Source: Candidatus Thorarchaeota archaeon
GTDB lineage: Archaea; Asgardarchaeota; Thorarchaeia; Thorarchaeales; Thorarchaeaceae
DNA length: 32,000 bases
NCBI GenBank assembly: GCA_003345555.1
Contig: PRDJ01000006.1
Span: 1-32,000, forward strand
Direction: 5' to 3'
Below, piece by piece: positions 8,664 through 16,240 of this stretch. The position numbers and the translations under genes were made by a program. Position 1 is the first letter of the stretch, and every line of letters begins with the position of its first letter. Under the pieces are notes generated by a model. It saw only the letters and a list, made by a program, of their open reading frames with translations, had not been told where the DNA came from and ran no database searches.

Positions 8664-9779
8664 ATGGCACTGACGCTGAAAACGAGAACAGACGTTGAAG
8701 ACCTCACTGCAGGGTGCTCATTCTTTGGCACTGGTGGTGGAGGCACGAGACAGATTGGTCTGGACATGCTCTATCCTCATGTCGATGCAGGAAAGAAGAT
8801 CGAGATAGTCGACACGGCGAAGGTAAGGGACAATGATTGGGTTGCATGCGCATATTACTCAGGCACGATTGCACCACCCACTCCTGAGACTGAGAGAATC
8901 AGAAAGAGATTTCCTTGGGCGTCGTTTGAAAAGGAGCTTGCGCAAGGGCTCGACATTCTTGAGAAACACATGGGTGTGAAGTTTACTGCTGTGGCGCCCT
9001 TTGAACTGGGCGGAGTCAACACTCCCGCCCCTATTGATGCCGCAGTAAAGCACGGTGTGCCTTGTGTTGACGGAGACTACTCTGGCCGAGCAGTCCCAGA
9101 AATCTGTCAGAACACGGTCTGTGTGCTCGGTTATTCGATGGCCCCCTTAGCATTGATCGATTGGTACGGCAACACGAGTATAGTCACCAAGATCATCAAC
9201 TACGAAATGGGTGAACGAATATCAAAAGCGTTGAGCGAGGTCGCTTGGGGGCGTGTGGGCAATGTCGCCTTCCCTGTGAAGGGATCCGATTTTCATCGTG
9301 CAATCATCCCAGGCACTCTCACCAAGAGCTACAAGGTTGGCAAAATCATTCGGGAAAGCCGGCAGTCAGGGGATGACGCCGCAGCGAAAATAGTAGAAAG
9401 CGTGGGCGGCTGGATTCTGTTCAAGGGCCAAGTGGTTGCCAAGAAGTGGGAGAACAGGGAAGGGTACATGTGGGGCGAAACGACAATAAAGGGCAGTGGG
9501 CTCAAGCCTGGCAGCAAGATGAGAATCTTCTTCAAGAATGAAAACCATGTATCCTGGATTGACGACAAACCTTGGGTCACGAGCCCGGACATAATCGAGG
9601 TCATTGATTCAAAGTCTGGTGAGCCGATTACCAATACCGACCTAGACAACGGACGGAACGTTACAGTGATCGGCATGAAGGGTGTTCCTGTTTTCAGGGA
9701 GGCCAGGGGTCTTGAGGTGCTTGGACCGAAGCACTTTGGCTTCGACATAGCATACAAGCCAATTGAGAGTCTTGTGTAA
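8664..9779 (+). CDS. DUF917 family protein (paralogue B)
   Basis: GCSFFGTGGGG, PFELGGVN, VDGDYSGRAVPE, FKNEN, SPDII motifs. Colinear with paralogue A. Confidence 0.9.
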   Translation: MALTLKTRTDVEDLTAGCSFFGTGGGGTRQIGLDMLYPHVDAGKKIEIVDTAKVRDNDWVACAYYSGTIAPPTPETERIRKRFPWASFEKELAQGLDILEKHMGVKFTAVAPFELGGVNTPAPIDAAVKHGVPCVDGDYSGRAVPEICQNTVCVLGYSMAPLALIDWYGNTSIVTKIINYEMGERISKALSEVAWGRVGNVAFPVKGSDFHRAIIPGTLTKSYKVGKIIRESRQSGDDAAAKIVESVGGWILFKGQVVAKKWENREGYMWGETTIKGSGLKPGSKMRIFFKNENHVSWIDDKPWVTSPDIIEVIDSKSGEPITNTDLDNGRNVTVIGMKGVPVFREARGLEVLGPKHFGFDIAYKPIESLV

Positions 9780-9876
9780 TGCCATCTGGTGTGACGTTGA
9801 CGATAAGCTCTGGATTTGGACTCTCTTCTGTACCGGGAGGCGGGGAAGAACCCCCCAGCGGACAGAGTGTGCCTCA

Positions 9877-10575
9877 CTACGCCTTCAGCTTCACAACGTA
9901 GTGCTTCCTGAATTTGCTCGGACCTTTCATGACGACTATCCCGTCATAGTCATCGTTCCAGAACTTGACTAGGTTCTTTTCGGGCTTCAGATTGTCCTTA
10001 CGCAACAATCTCGATGAGAAGTAAATGAGCGTCTGAACCCACTTCTTGATGTGTTTGCGCTCATATCCAAACATAGCCGCATTGTCTTCGACGTAATGGT
10101 AAATCAGCCATGCTATTTTCCGGTTGTAAAATGCCGAAGTGATGAATGTAATCATGAACAGCACGAGGGTCACTGTCGTAAATGGGTTCGTAAACCATGA
10201 GAGGTATTCCACACGCAATATCCAGACAATCACTATCAGAGGAAGTGCGATTGTTAGGAGAATGAGCGAGAGGAGTTGCACCGATTGCCTCCGCATCATG
10301 GATTGTTGGACTCCCGGAACATCCGGCCCTAGTGCGGCGAACTTGTGCAGGACAGAACGGATTGTTCCCCATTGCTTTATGAAAGTCTTCGTAACGTCGC
10401 CGCGTCCCACTGCTTTCTCAATGTAGGTAAGATCGTAGCACCTGTGAATACGATAACCATCCAGTGTGCTAATCAGGTTCTTGCACCACTTGATGTCTAG
10501 GCCGGTGGGATCAAACTCGAAGCTGTCAAGGTAGTTGGCACTCGGCTCCTTCTTGCCCTTGGAATTCTGAGTCAT
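9877..10575 (-). CDS. Hypothetical membrane protein (2 central TM helices)
   Basis: Long ORF with hydrophobic segments LLSLILLTIALPLIVIVWIL and VTLVLFMITFITSAF. ATG 10575 follows GAGGA. No family recognised. Confidence 0.7.
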   Translation of the reverse strand: MTQNSKGKKEPSANYLDSFEFDPTGLDIKWCKNLISTLDGYRIHRCYDLTYIEKAVGRGDVTKTFIKQWGTIRSVLHKFAALGPDVPGVQQSMMRRQSVQLLSLILLTIALPLIVIVWILRVEYLSWFTNPFTTVTLVLFMITFITSAFYNRKIAWLIYHYVEDNAAMFGYERKHIKKWVQTLIYFSSRLLRKDNLKPEKNLVKFWNDDYDGIVVMKGPSKFRKHYVVKLKA

Positions 10576-10727
10576 TCTATGCAATCCTCTGGGAAATCCT
10601 CCCGTCCCGATTCACAGTTAACGTTTACGTTTCTTAAGGTATCGCATACCGTATCGTTTAAGAGTAGACCCAACTGGGGCAGTCTCTGGAGCAGCATCTT
10701 TTCCTCGGAGTGACATTGTCATGCTCC

Positions 10728-11684
10728 ATGGGTGACCCAAGCACATTGTCCAGAGATTTGGGGCTAAGTGGTTTCGAGTACACGGGAGAGGACCAGTATA
10801 GCAAGACAATCGGTGAACTGATGATTGGTGCCGGTGGCGCAAGGTTTGTGCTGCCTCGGGAGAGAAAGACCCGTTCATACAAGGTAATGTTTGACCTTCA
10901 ATGGCCTGAGGTAGTCTCATACGACTGCTGCAAAGTCAGTATCTGCAAGGATGAGAAATCCTGGCCGATTGACGAGGAACTCCCTGCGGGCTATGAGGTC
11001 ATTGGCACGGCAGGAATGCTCTTTGTGTATTTGATCATTGAGCAATCAGCCAACTTTCAGATTTGGGCTTACTTTCCGTATGAGGACGTAGACCTTGTCA
11101 AGGAACTCGCAGAGAGGTACATCGGCAGACCATCAATTCCCGGCCTTGCTCATCACGGCACAGCCGCGGTTGTAAAGTATATCGTGGACCGCTGTCAGGT
11201 CCTGTCCAGTATCAAGAGTGACTGGCAGGACTGGCTGCACAAGTCACCCAGTTCGCCGATGAGCAAAGCACGTGAGAAGCTTAGGGAGATAGGGCCAACA
11301 TACCATTTCTGTCTAGAAGGAATGGCGATTGATTTCTACGGCGCCAGTGCGCAGCTTGAACAGATGTCGACATTCTGGCCTTGGCGGGCTATCAACAACA
11401 TCTACTTGGATGATGTTGAGATCCTTTACCAGTGGTTTGAAGACTCCTTTATCTACAGACAGCAGGTTTGGGCGGACGATTCTCGACAAGCCATTCTTGA
11501 TGCGGCGCGAGACGCGCTGAACAGATACAGATCCTCACATGATGTGAAGCAGGTCTTGGCGATAAGGCCTTGGTCATTTCCGTCGTCGTTGCACAGAAGC
11601 TGGGACAATCTTGAGCCCTTTAGCTGTAAGGCTAGCCGAAACAGATTCCCGCCCATATATGATTTTGAAGAACCAGAGGAATAG
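10728..11684 (+). CDS. Hypothetical soluble protein
   Basis: ORF of about 320 aa filling the gap between genes. No recognisable motif. Start uncertain (GTG 10710 or ATG 10728). Confidence 0.65.
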   Translation: MGDPSTLSRDLGLSGFEYTGEDQYSKTIGELMIGAGGARFVLPRERKTRSYKVMFDLQWPEVVSYDCCKVSICKDEKSWPIDEELPAGYEVIGTAGMLFVYLIIEQSANFQIWAYFPYEDVDLVKELAERYIGRPSIPGLAHHGTAAVVKYIVDRCQVLSSIKSDWQDWLHKSPSSPMSKAREKLREIGPTYHFCLEGMAIDFYGASAQLEQMSTFWPWRAINNIYLDDVEILYQWFEDSFIYRQQVWADDSRQAILDAARDALNRYRSSHDVKQVLAIRPWSFPSSLHRSWDNLEPFSCKASRNRFPPIYDFEEPEE

Positions 11685-11751
11685 GACTCTTTGGGTTTGA
11701 GTTTGTACTAGCCGGTCATCGAGTCTGGTCTACTCTTGTCAGAACAAGATG

Positions 11752-11787
11752 AAAAAAAAGGAGAGAAGAGAGCACGAGGCTCTCTTC
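11752..11787 (-). terminator. Intrinsic-type terminator downstream of the APC permease
   Basis: On the minus strand: GAAGAGAGC-CTCGT-GCTCTCTTC (9-bp perfect stem, 11765-11787), then TCTCC and T8 (A8 at 11752-59 on the plus strand). Confidence 0.75.
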
Positions 11788-11799
11788 ATGAATATAGTT

Positions 11800-13377
11800 C
11801 TACTCTGGTGGGAGTTGTCCGAAGATTGCGGACATCTCAATGCCCTTGGCCTTGTTCTTGGCACCATAGTACATGTACATGAGCTGGCCCCACAGGTAAA
11901 CGAAGACCGTGAATGCCACCTCATAGGGCAATGTCGGTACAAAGGCGATTATTGCCCAGAAGAATATGGCGCCCGAAATGATTCCACCGATCGAAATCAG
12001 TGGAATGCCAAAGAGCTTCCATGCACCACTGCGCTCCCAGAGCGTTGGGCGGTAGTACGGCAGTCCTACTGCAGCGAGGGCCATCTGCCACCGAATGAAG
12101 ACGTAGGTGTATCCGACACCCACGAGTGCAGACAAGGCAGTGCCGAAGAATATCTGCAGAACGGTTGCGTATGTCAGTGTACCCAACGCAAGTATCAACC
12201 AGAAGTACAGGGAGATGTGTGGTACGTGGTACTTGGGATGAACGCTTGCGAACATCTCAGGACAGAACCGGTCCATAGCCATTGAGTGGAATGGCCTTGT
12301 CACCCACAGTGCGTTGCTTGGCGAGTCAAGGACGCTTGCATAGATTGGGCTTAGGATTATGAACCAACCAGCTGCACCACCCCTCAGAGCTACAGCAGCG
12401 AAGTTACCCCAGCCTGGGAAGACACCACCAGCCCCCGCCATGTTGGCGAGGTTGTTCTGGTAGAGGAATCCGCCCATGCTGCTTTCGACTGCATAGCCTG
12501 AGAGAATGAAGAATACAGCTATGCCCAGCCAGCCACCTAGGTTGCTAAGCGGGATGTTCCTGCTTGGCTGTGCAACCTCACCGGCAACTGGCATGATCAA
12601 GTAGGGCCACATCATTCCTACAGTGAGGATGAGGGCTGGTCCAACTGAACCCCAGTTGAAGGTCGTCCAATTAGCCAGAGTTGTTCCTGCAGGGAGGGGT
12701 ACTGCTTGAATGGCCGCATAGTTTCCTGCCCCAAAGACAGCGTCCCAGTTTGCCTGGCCAGTTGCACCTACGCCTATATTCGTGCTCAGCAGGGCTGCAT
12801 CAGCGACCACGATGGCCAAGATGTTGATTATACCGAGGATAATCACAAACCAACCTAGCCACTTAACACTCAGGTAACCGAAGATGAACCCCACGAAGAT
12901 AGTTGCGGCTGCGAATACGAACAGAGGCACTGGCTGGGCCATAAAGGCTGCTAGACTGACAAGGCCAGCGTCGTTGCCCGCTTTGCCCATGACGTAGAGT
13001 CCTCCTGCGAATACCTGTACAGCTAGGAAGCTTCCAGTTCCTCTGAAGACAGGGTTTGTGATTACGCTTCGCCAACCTTCCATGACACCGAAGATTGGTG
13101 ATAGGCCTCTTCCTGTAAAGTAGTAGGAAGCTCCTGACCTCGGCATTGAGAGCATCAGGCACATCAGCGCGATTGCCTCAAAGAATACAGCGAATGAACC
13201 CAAAGCGAACATCGCTGTCAGATGCGCACCCGCGAACCACGTGGAGATCTGTGGTCCACCATAGGCGAACCACGGACCCAACGTGAGTGCAATGGGAAGC
13301 AACAGGGCGAACCCTGTGTTTACTTCCTTGACTAGACCGGAGCTCTCTCGCACGAAGAGGAGTTTGCTTTCGCTCAT
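11800..13377 (-). CDS. APC-family amino acid/polyamine permease (archaeal type)
   Basis: LFVRESSGLVKEV N-terminal signature, AGEVAQP, RPFHSMAMDRFCP...VHPKYHVP motifs and about 12 TM segments. Start is ATG 13377 or 13395. Confidence 0.9.
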   Translation of the reverse strand: MSESKLLFVRESSGLVKEVNTGFALLLPIALTLGPWFAYGGPQISTWFAGAHLTAMFALGSFAVFFEAIALMCLMLSMPRSGASYYFTGRGLSPIFGVMEGWRSVITNPVFRGTGSFLAVQVFAGGLYVMGKAGNDAGLVSLAAFMAQPVPLFVFAAATIFVGFIFGYLSVKWLGWFVIILGIINILAIVVADAALLSTNIGVGATGQANWDAVFGAGNYAAIQAVPLPAGTTLANWTTFNWGSVGPALILTVGMMWPYLIMPVAGEVAQPSRNIPLSNLGGWLGIAVFFILSGYAVESSMGGFLYQNNLANMAGAGGVFPGWGNFAAVALRGGAAGWFIILSPIYASVLDSPSNALWVTRPFHSMAMDRFCPEMFASVHPKYHVPHISLYFWLILALGTLTYATVLQIFFGTALSALVGVGYTYVFIRWQMALAAVGLPYYRPTLWERSGAWKLFGIPLISIGGIISGAIFFWAIIAFVPTLPYEVAFTVFVYLWGQLMYMYYGAKNKAKGIEMSAIFGQLPPE

Positions 13378-13618
13378 CTTGCGCGTTTTCTCCATTTTTA
13401 CTTTCACGAACTCATGGTTCGAGTACCGTGATAGAACCCGTCTGTGCAACTACTGGTACTTAAAGCTTAGGACCGACCGCGGATTAAAGCACTAAATGGG
13501 TCCTTCATCAGGCCATAACATCAAAGCCGCGCTCTCTACTCACCGGTTAGGCGCAAACACTCAAGCTGCCCCTCTGTTCTTGGATACAGAGTGCAGTATT
13601 GGAAAGGCTTTGTTTGTG

Positions 13619-14389
13619 TTATAGATTCTCGAAGAAATCAGTGTCTAGGACCAAGACTTCGACCCGCTTTGTTCTTACGCCTGTTCTGCTCTCAAGTAAA
13701 ACGTTCAGCAGGATATCTATATCCATCAGATGAATCGGGTAAACTGACACTTTCTTGTCGTGATTCGAATAACCAAGTGCCGCCTTGCGGGCCTCTTCAC
13801 TGACACGACCGTTTGTGATCAATACTCCTTGGTTCGCTTCGTAGATGGGGAGAGCTCCCCTAATCTGAAGAATGGTACTTGGCTCAATCTCCTCATCAAG
13901 TTCACACTTAATTGCGTATACCAATACTGGGGACCGTCCTCCATCATCTCGCCACGAGATTTTCATCATGACAGTGTTTCCGTCTCGTCCGACGATCTCC
14001 AACTCCTCGACCCTAGCGCGAATGTTGATCAGAGCTATTTTCGCCAGATTCTCGAATGCCTTGACATCCAGTGCGGCAATGGCTTCTCTCATGTCCCTTC
14101 GTGTTGCGGCGTTGAAATCCTCCGCCCTGTCTCTCACCTCTGCGATGAGGTCTTCATCTACTGCCCCCTCACAGATGTCGTTGTACCGGTACAAGCCGGG
14201 GGCAACTCTTAGGAAGTACGCAGGACGCTTATCTATCTGGGCCTGCTTCCCCTCGATTGAAAGAGAGGCAGACACAGAAGCAGGGTCTCTTCGAAGCGCC
14301 CCCGCTATATCCTTGTAATGGACTGGTTTCACTCGGGCATTCTCTGCTAGCCATTGCTTGAGGGTTCGTCTTTGCTCTCTTGCTTCCAT
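13619..14389 (-). CDS. HARE-HTH + Mrr-like restriction-endonuclease-fold protein, catalytic motif degenerate
   Basis: N-terminal winged HTH (HYKDIA...PASVSASL...FLRVAPGLY). C-terminal Mrr_cat-like region (AFENL, IRGAL, GVLITNGRVSEEA, LMDIDILLNVLLE..GV). GGTG SD 7 nt upstream. Confidence 0.75.
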   Translation of the reverse strand: MEAREQRRTLKQWLAENARVKPVHYKDIAGALRRDPASVSASLSIEGKQAQIDKRPAYFLRVAPGLYRYNDICEGAVDEDLIAEVRDRAEDFNAATRRDMREAIAALDVKAFENLAKIALINIRARVEELEIVGRDGNTVMMKISWRDDGGRSPVLVYAIKCELDEEIEPSTILQIRGALPIYEANQGVLITNGRVSEEARKAALGYSNHDKKVSVYPIHLMDIDILLNVLLESRTGVRTKRVEVLVLDTDFFENL

Positions 14390-14446
14390 TGGGCGACACC
14401 ACAGATCTCTGTTTCTTCACCTTCGGCCAAAGGTGATACTGCTGAT

Positions 14447-14575
14447 TCACTTCATGCTATTGCACTTGTCAGTGACCCCGAGGGTGATCTCCGTCAGTTC
14501 GTTCTCACCAAGCGACATGCACTTCTTGGCGAGTTGAGCCTCGTTCTCCGATCACTTAGTGATGATTTGGCGCAT
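14447..14575 (-). CDS. Unannotated 42-aa small protein with in-frame TGA at codon 8 (candidate selenoprotein, or nonsense-mutated Cys protein)
   Basis: MRQIITK[TGA]SENEAQLAKKCMSLGENELTEITLGVTDKCNSMK-TGA. 31 of 40 sense codons after the ATG end in G/C, all 5 Lys codons are AAG and all 3 Ile codons are ATC. It lies just downstream of a TTTATA box. Confidence 0.55.
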
Positions 14576-14603
14576 CACGGGGGTGTTAATTCTCACCAAA
14601 TGC

Positions 14604-14620
14604 TTAATATAAACTTTAAG
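14604..14620. promoter_or_regulatory. Shared AT-rich archaeal TATA region for the divergent small ORF and moaD genes
   Basis: TTAATATAAACTTTAAG on the plus strand reads CTTAAAGTTTATATTAA on the minus strand. It lies about 37-50 nt upstream of ATG 14657 and about 30-45 nt upstream of ATG 14575. Confidence 0.55.
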
Positions 14621-14656
14621 AACGCATTACACAACAGTGCGGGAGCGCCTAGAGAT

Positions 14657-14947
14657 ATGGCTCAGGTCTTTGTGAAACTCATGGCGAGGGGGCTAAAGTC
14701 CAGTGAGCATGACAAGTTTCCTCTTCAGACCAGACCAGACGCAACAGTCAGAGACCTGATTGACGAGCTTTGTGAAGAGCAACCGCAGAGGTTCAGGATT
14801 TACCTCAGTGACCCTGAAAAGAGGCAGCTGAGAAGAGATGCCATAGTGATTGTTAATGGCATGAATATGGTAGCACGTAAGGGCGAAAAGACGAGACTCT
14901 CTGACGGAGACCTCATTGTTTTCATGATTGCGGCTGTCGGCGGGTAA
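14657..14947 (+). CDS. moaD: MoaD/ThiS/SAMP ubiquitin-like sulfur carrier
   Basis: 96 aa beta-grasp pattern (TVRDLIDEL, IVIVNG, LSDGDLIVF) ending in AVGG*. The true start is ATG 14657, not 14354. Confidence 0.88.
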   Translation: MAQVFVKLMARGLKSSEHDKFPLQTRPDATVRDLIDELCEEQPQRFRIYLSDPEKRQLRRDAIVIVNGMNMVARKGEKTRLSDGDLIVFMIAAVGG

Positions 14948-15043
14948 CATTCTCTCTGCCGACATTCGCATCTCAAGCCGCCTAGACAGTCTGAGTGTTC
15001 AAGGCATGCTCGGGCACTCTGTGTGTGACACATCCGGGAATTC

Positions 15044-16240
15044 TCAGTCATCAGAGATATAGTCCGGCTCAAGGATTGCCTTGTCTGCCAGCCCTGCCGA
15101 TACTGCTACAATCTCAGCAACGTCTGCTACTTTCAACGGAGCATCGGTCTTGTACGCCGCATGAGTTAGATTCAGTTCGCACGCTGGACACATGGTGGCA
15201 AGCACAGAGGCTGTTGTCTGGAGAGCGTCTCTTAGCCGTTCTTCGGAGACCTGCTGCGAGTAGTCGGGATACATAATCTTCAAGCCGCCCCCACCACCGC
15301 AACAGAATGCTTGTTCCCGGATACGAGACATCTCCTTTAGTTGAACACCTGGAATCGCTGTCAGTACTTTCCGACCTTGGTCGTACATTCCTCTGTAGCG
15401 ACCGATCTCGCATGGGTCGTGATATGTCACGACTTTGGGTACACTCGTCTTCAACGGAAGTCGTTTCTGAGCTACAATCTCCTCAAGCACTTGACTGCTA
15501 TGTCTCACCTTGAACGGAGGTTCTTTCAACCCAAGGAGCTGTGGGTACTCTTCATCGAACGCTCTGAAGCAGCTTGGGCATGGTGTGATTATCTCTTTGA
15601 CTCCGCGTGCCTTCAGCTTCTTGACATAGTCTTGGGCCCATTGCTTGGCCGCCCTAACATCACCAGTGACCCACATCGGTGTGCCACAACATCTCTGGTC
15701 GTCCCCAAGGAAATCGAGCTTGTAACCTGCTGCCTGCAAGACTTGAACGAGTATGCGAGTCTTCTCCTTGAATCTGTGGCTGGCGAGACAACCAGGGAAG
15801 AACAAGGTGCCAGATCCTTTCTGGAACTTGATGCCCTGGGCCCATTTCGTATGTTCTGAGGTTGAATCGGCAAAGATGTTTCCTTTCTGGGCCATGGTGC
15901 TCGTCATCTTGCCCCCTTCTTCCGGTGCTCCCACCCCGCGGTCGACAAAATCGGCACGCATCGCTTTCGTTATCGCAACGATGTCTATCTTGGCGGCCTT
16001 CTTGCACTCCTCTCTGCACCGTCCACAGAGAAAACATCCGAAGACTCGCTCTCTGAGGTCTTTTGAATAATCGAGCTTACCCTCGAGAATGGCGCGAGCG
16101 ATGGCCATTCGTCCTCGAGCTGTCGAAGACTCCCATCTCTGAGTGAAAATCTGTGGGCACCTATCACTGAACTCTGTGCCCCGGCAGAACTCACATCTTC
16201 CACAGGCGTAGATCATGTCACGATACTGCTCGATTTTCAT
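15044..16240 (-). CDS. (Fe-S)-binding protein, GlcF/HdrD-like (2x[4Fe-4S] + two CCG domains)
   Basis: CGRCEFC...CP, CFLCGRCREEC, FPGC...CCG...PCPSC, YHDPC...CCGGGGG...CPAC. 4-nt overlap with the upstream FAD gene. Confidence 0.9.
   Translation of the reverse strand: MKIEQYRDMIYACGRCEFCRGTEFSDRCPQIFTQRWESSTARGRMAIARAILEGKLDYSKDLRERVFGCFLCGRCREECKKAAKIDIVAITKAMRADFVDRGVGAPEEGGKMTSTMAQKGNIFADSTSEHTKWAQGIKFQKGSGTLFFPGCLASHRFKEKTRILVQVLQAAGYKLDFLGDDQRCCGTPMWVTGDVRAAKQWAQDYVKKLKARGVKEIITPCPSCFRAFDEEYPQLLGLKEPPFKVRHSSQVLEEIVAQKRLPLKTSVPKVVTYHDPCEIGRYRGMYDQGRKVLTAIPGVQLKEMSRIREQAFCCGGGGGLKIMYPDYSQQVSEERLRDALQTTASVLATMCPACELNLTHAAYKTDAPLKVADVAEIVAVSAGLADKAILEPDYISDD

Noticed and set aside
13470-13512. 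Minus-strand CUGAUGA-AGGACC...GGUCCU resembling a hammerhead core, C/D box or SECIS core
   Set aside because: The stem is followed by AAG rather than GAAA (hammerhead), CUGA (D box) or GA (SECIS), so the required partner motif is missing.
14354-14656. 101-codon N-terminal extension of MoaD in the ORF track
   Set aside because: It is the stop-free antisense shadow of the minus-strand small ORF and the Mrr start, and it crosses the TATA region. MoaD homology starts at ATG 14657.
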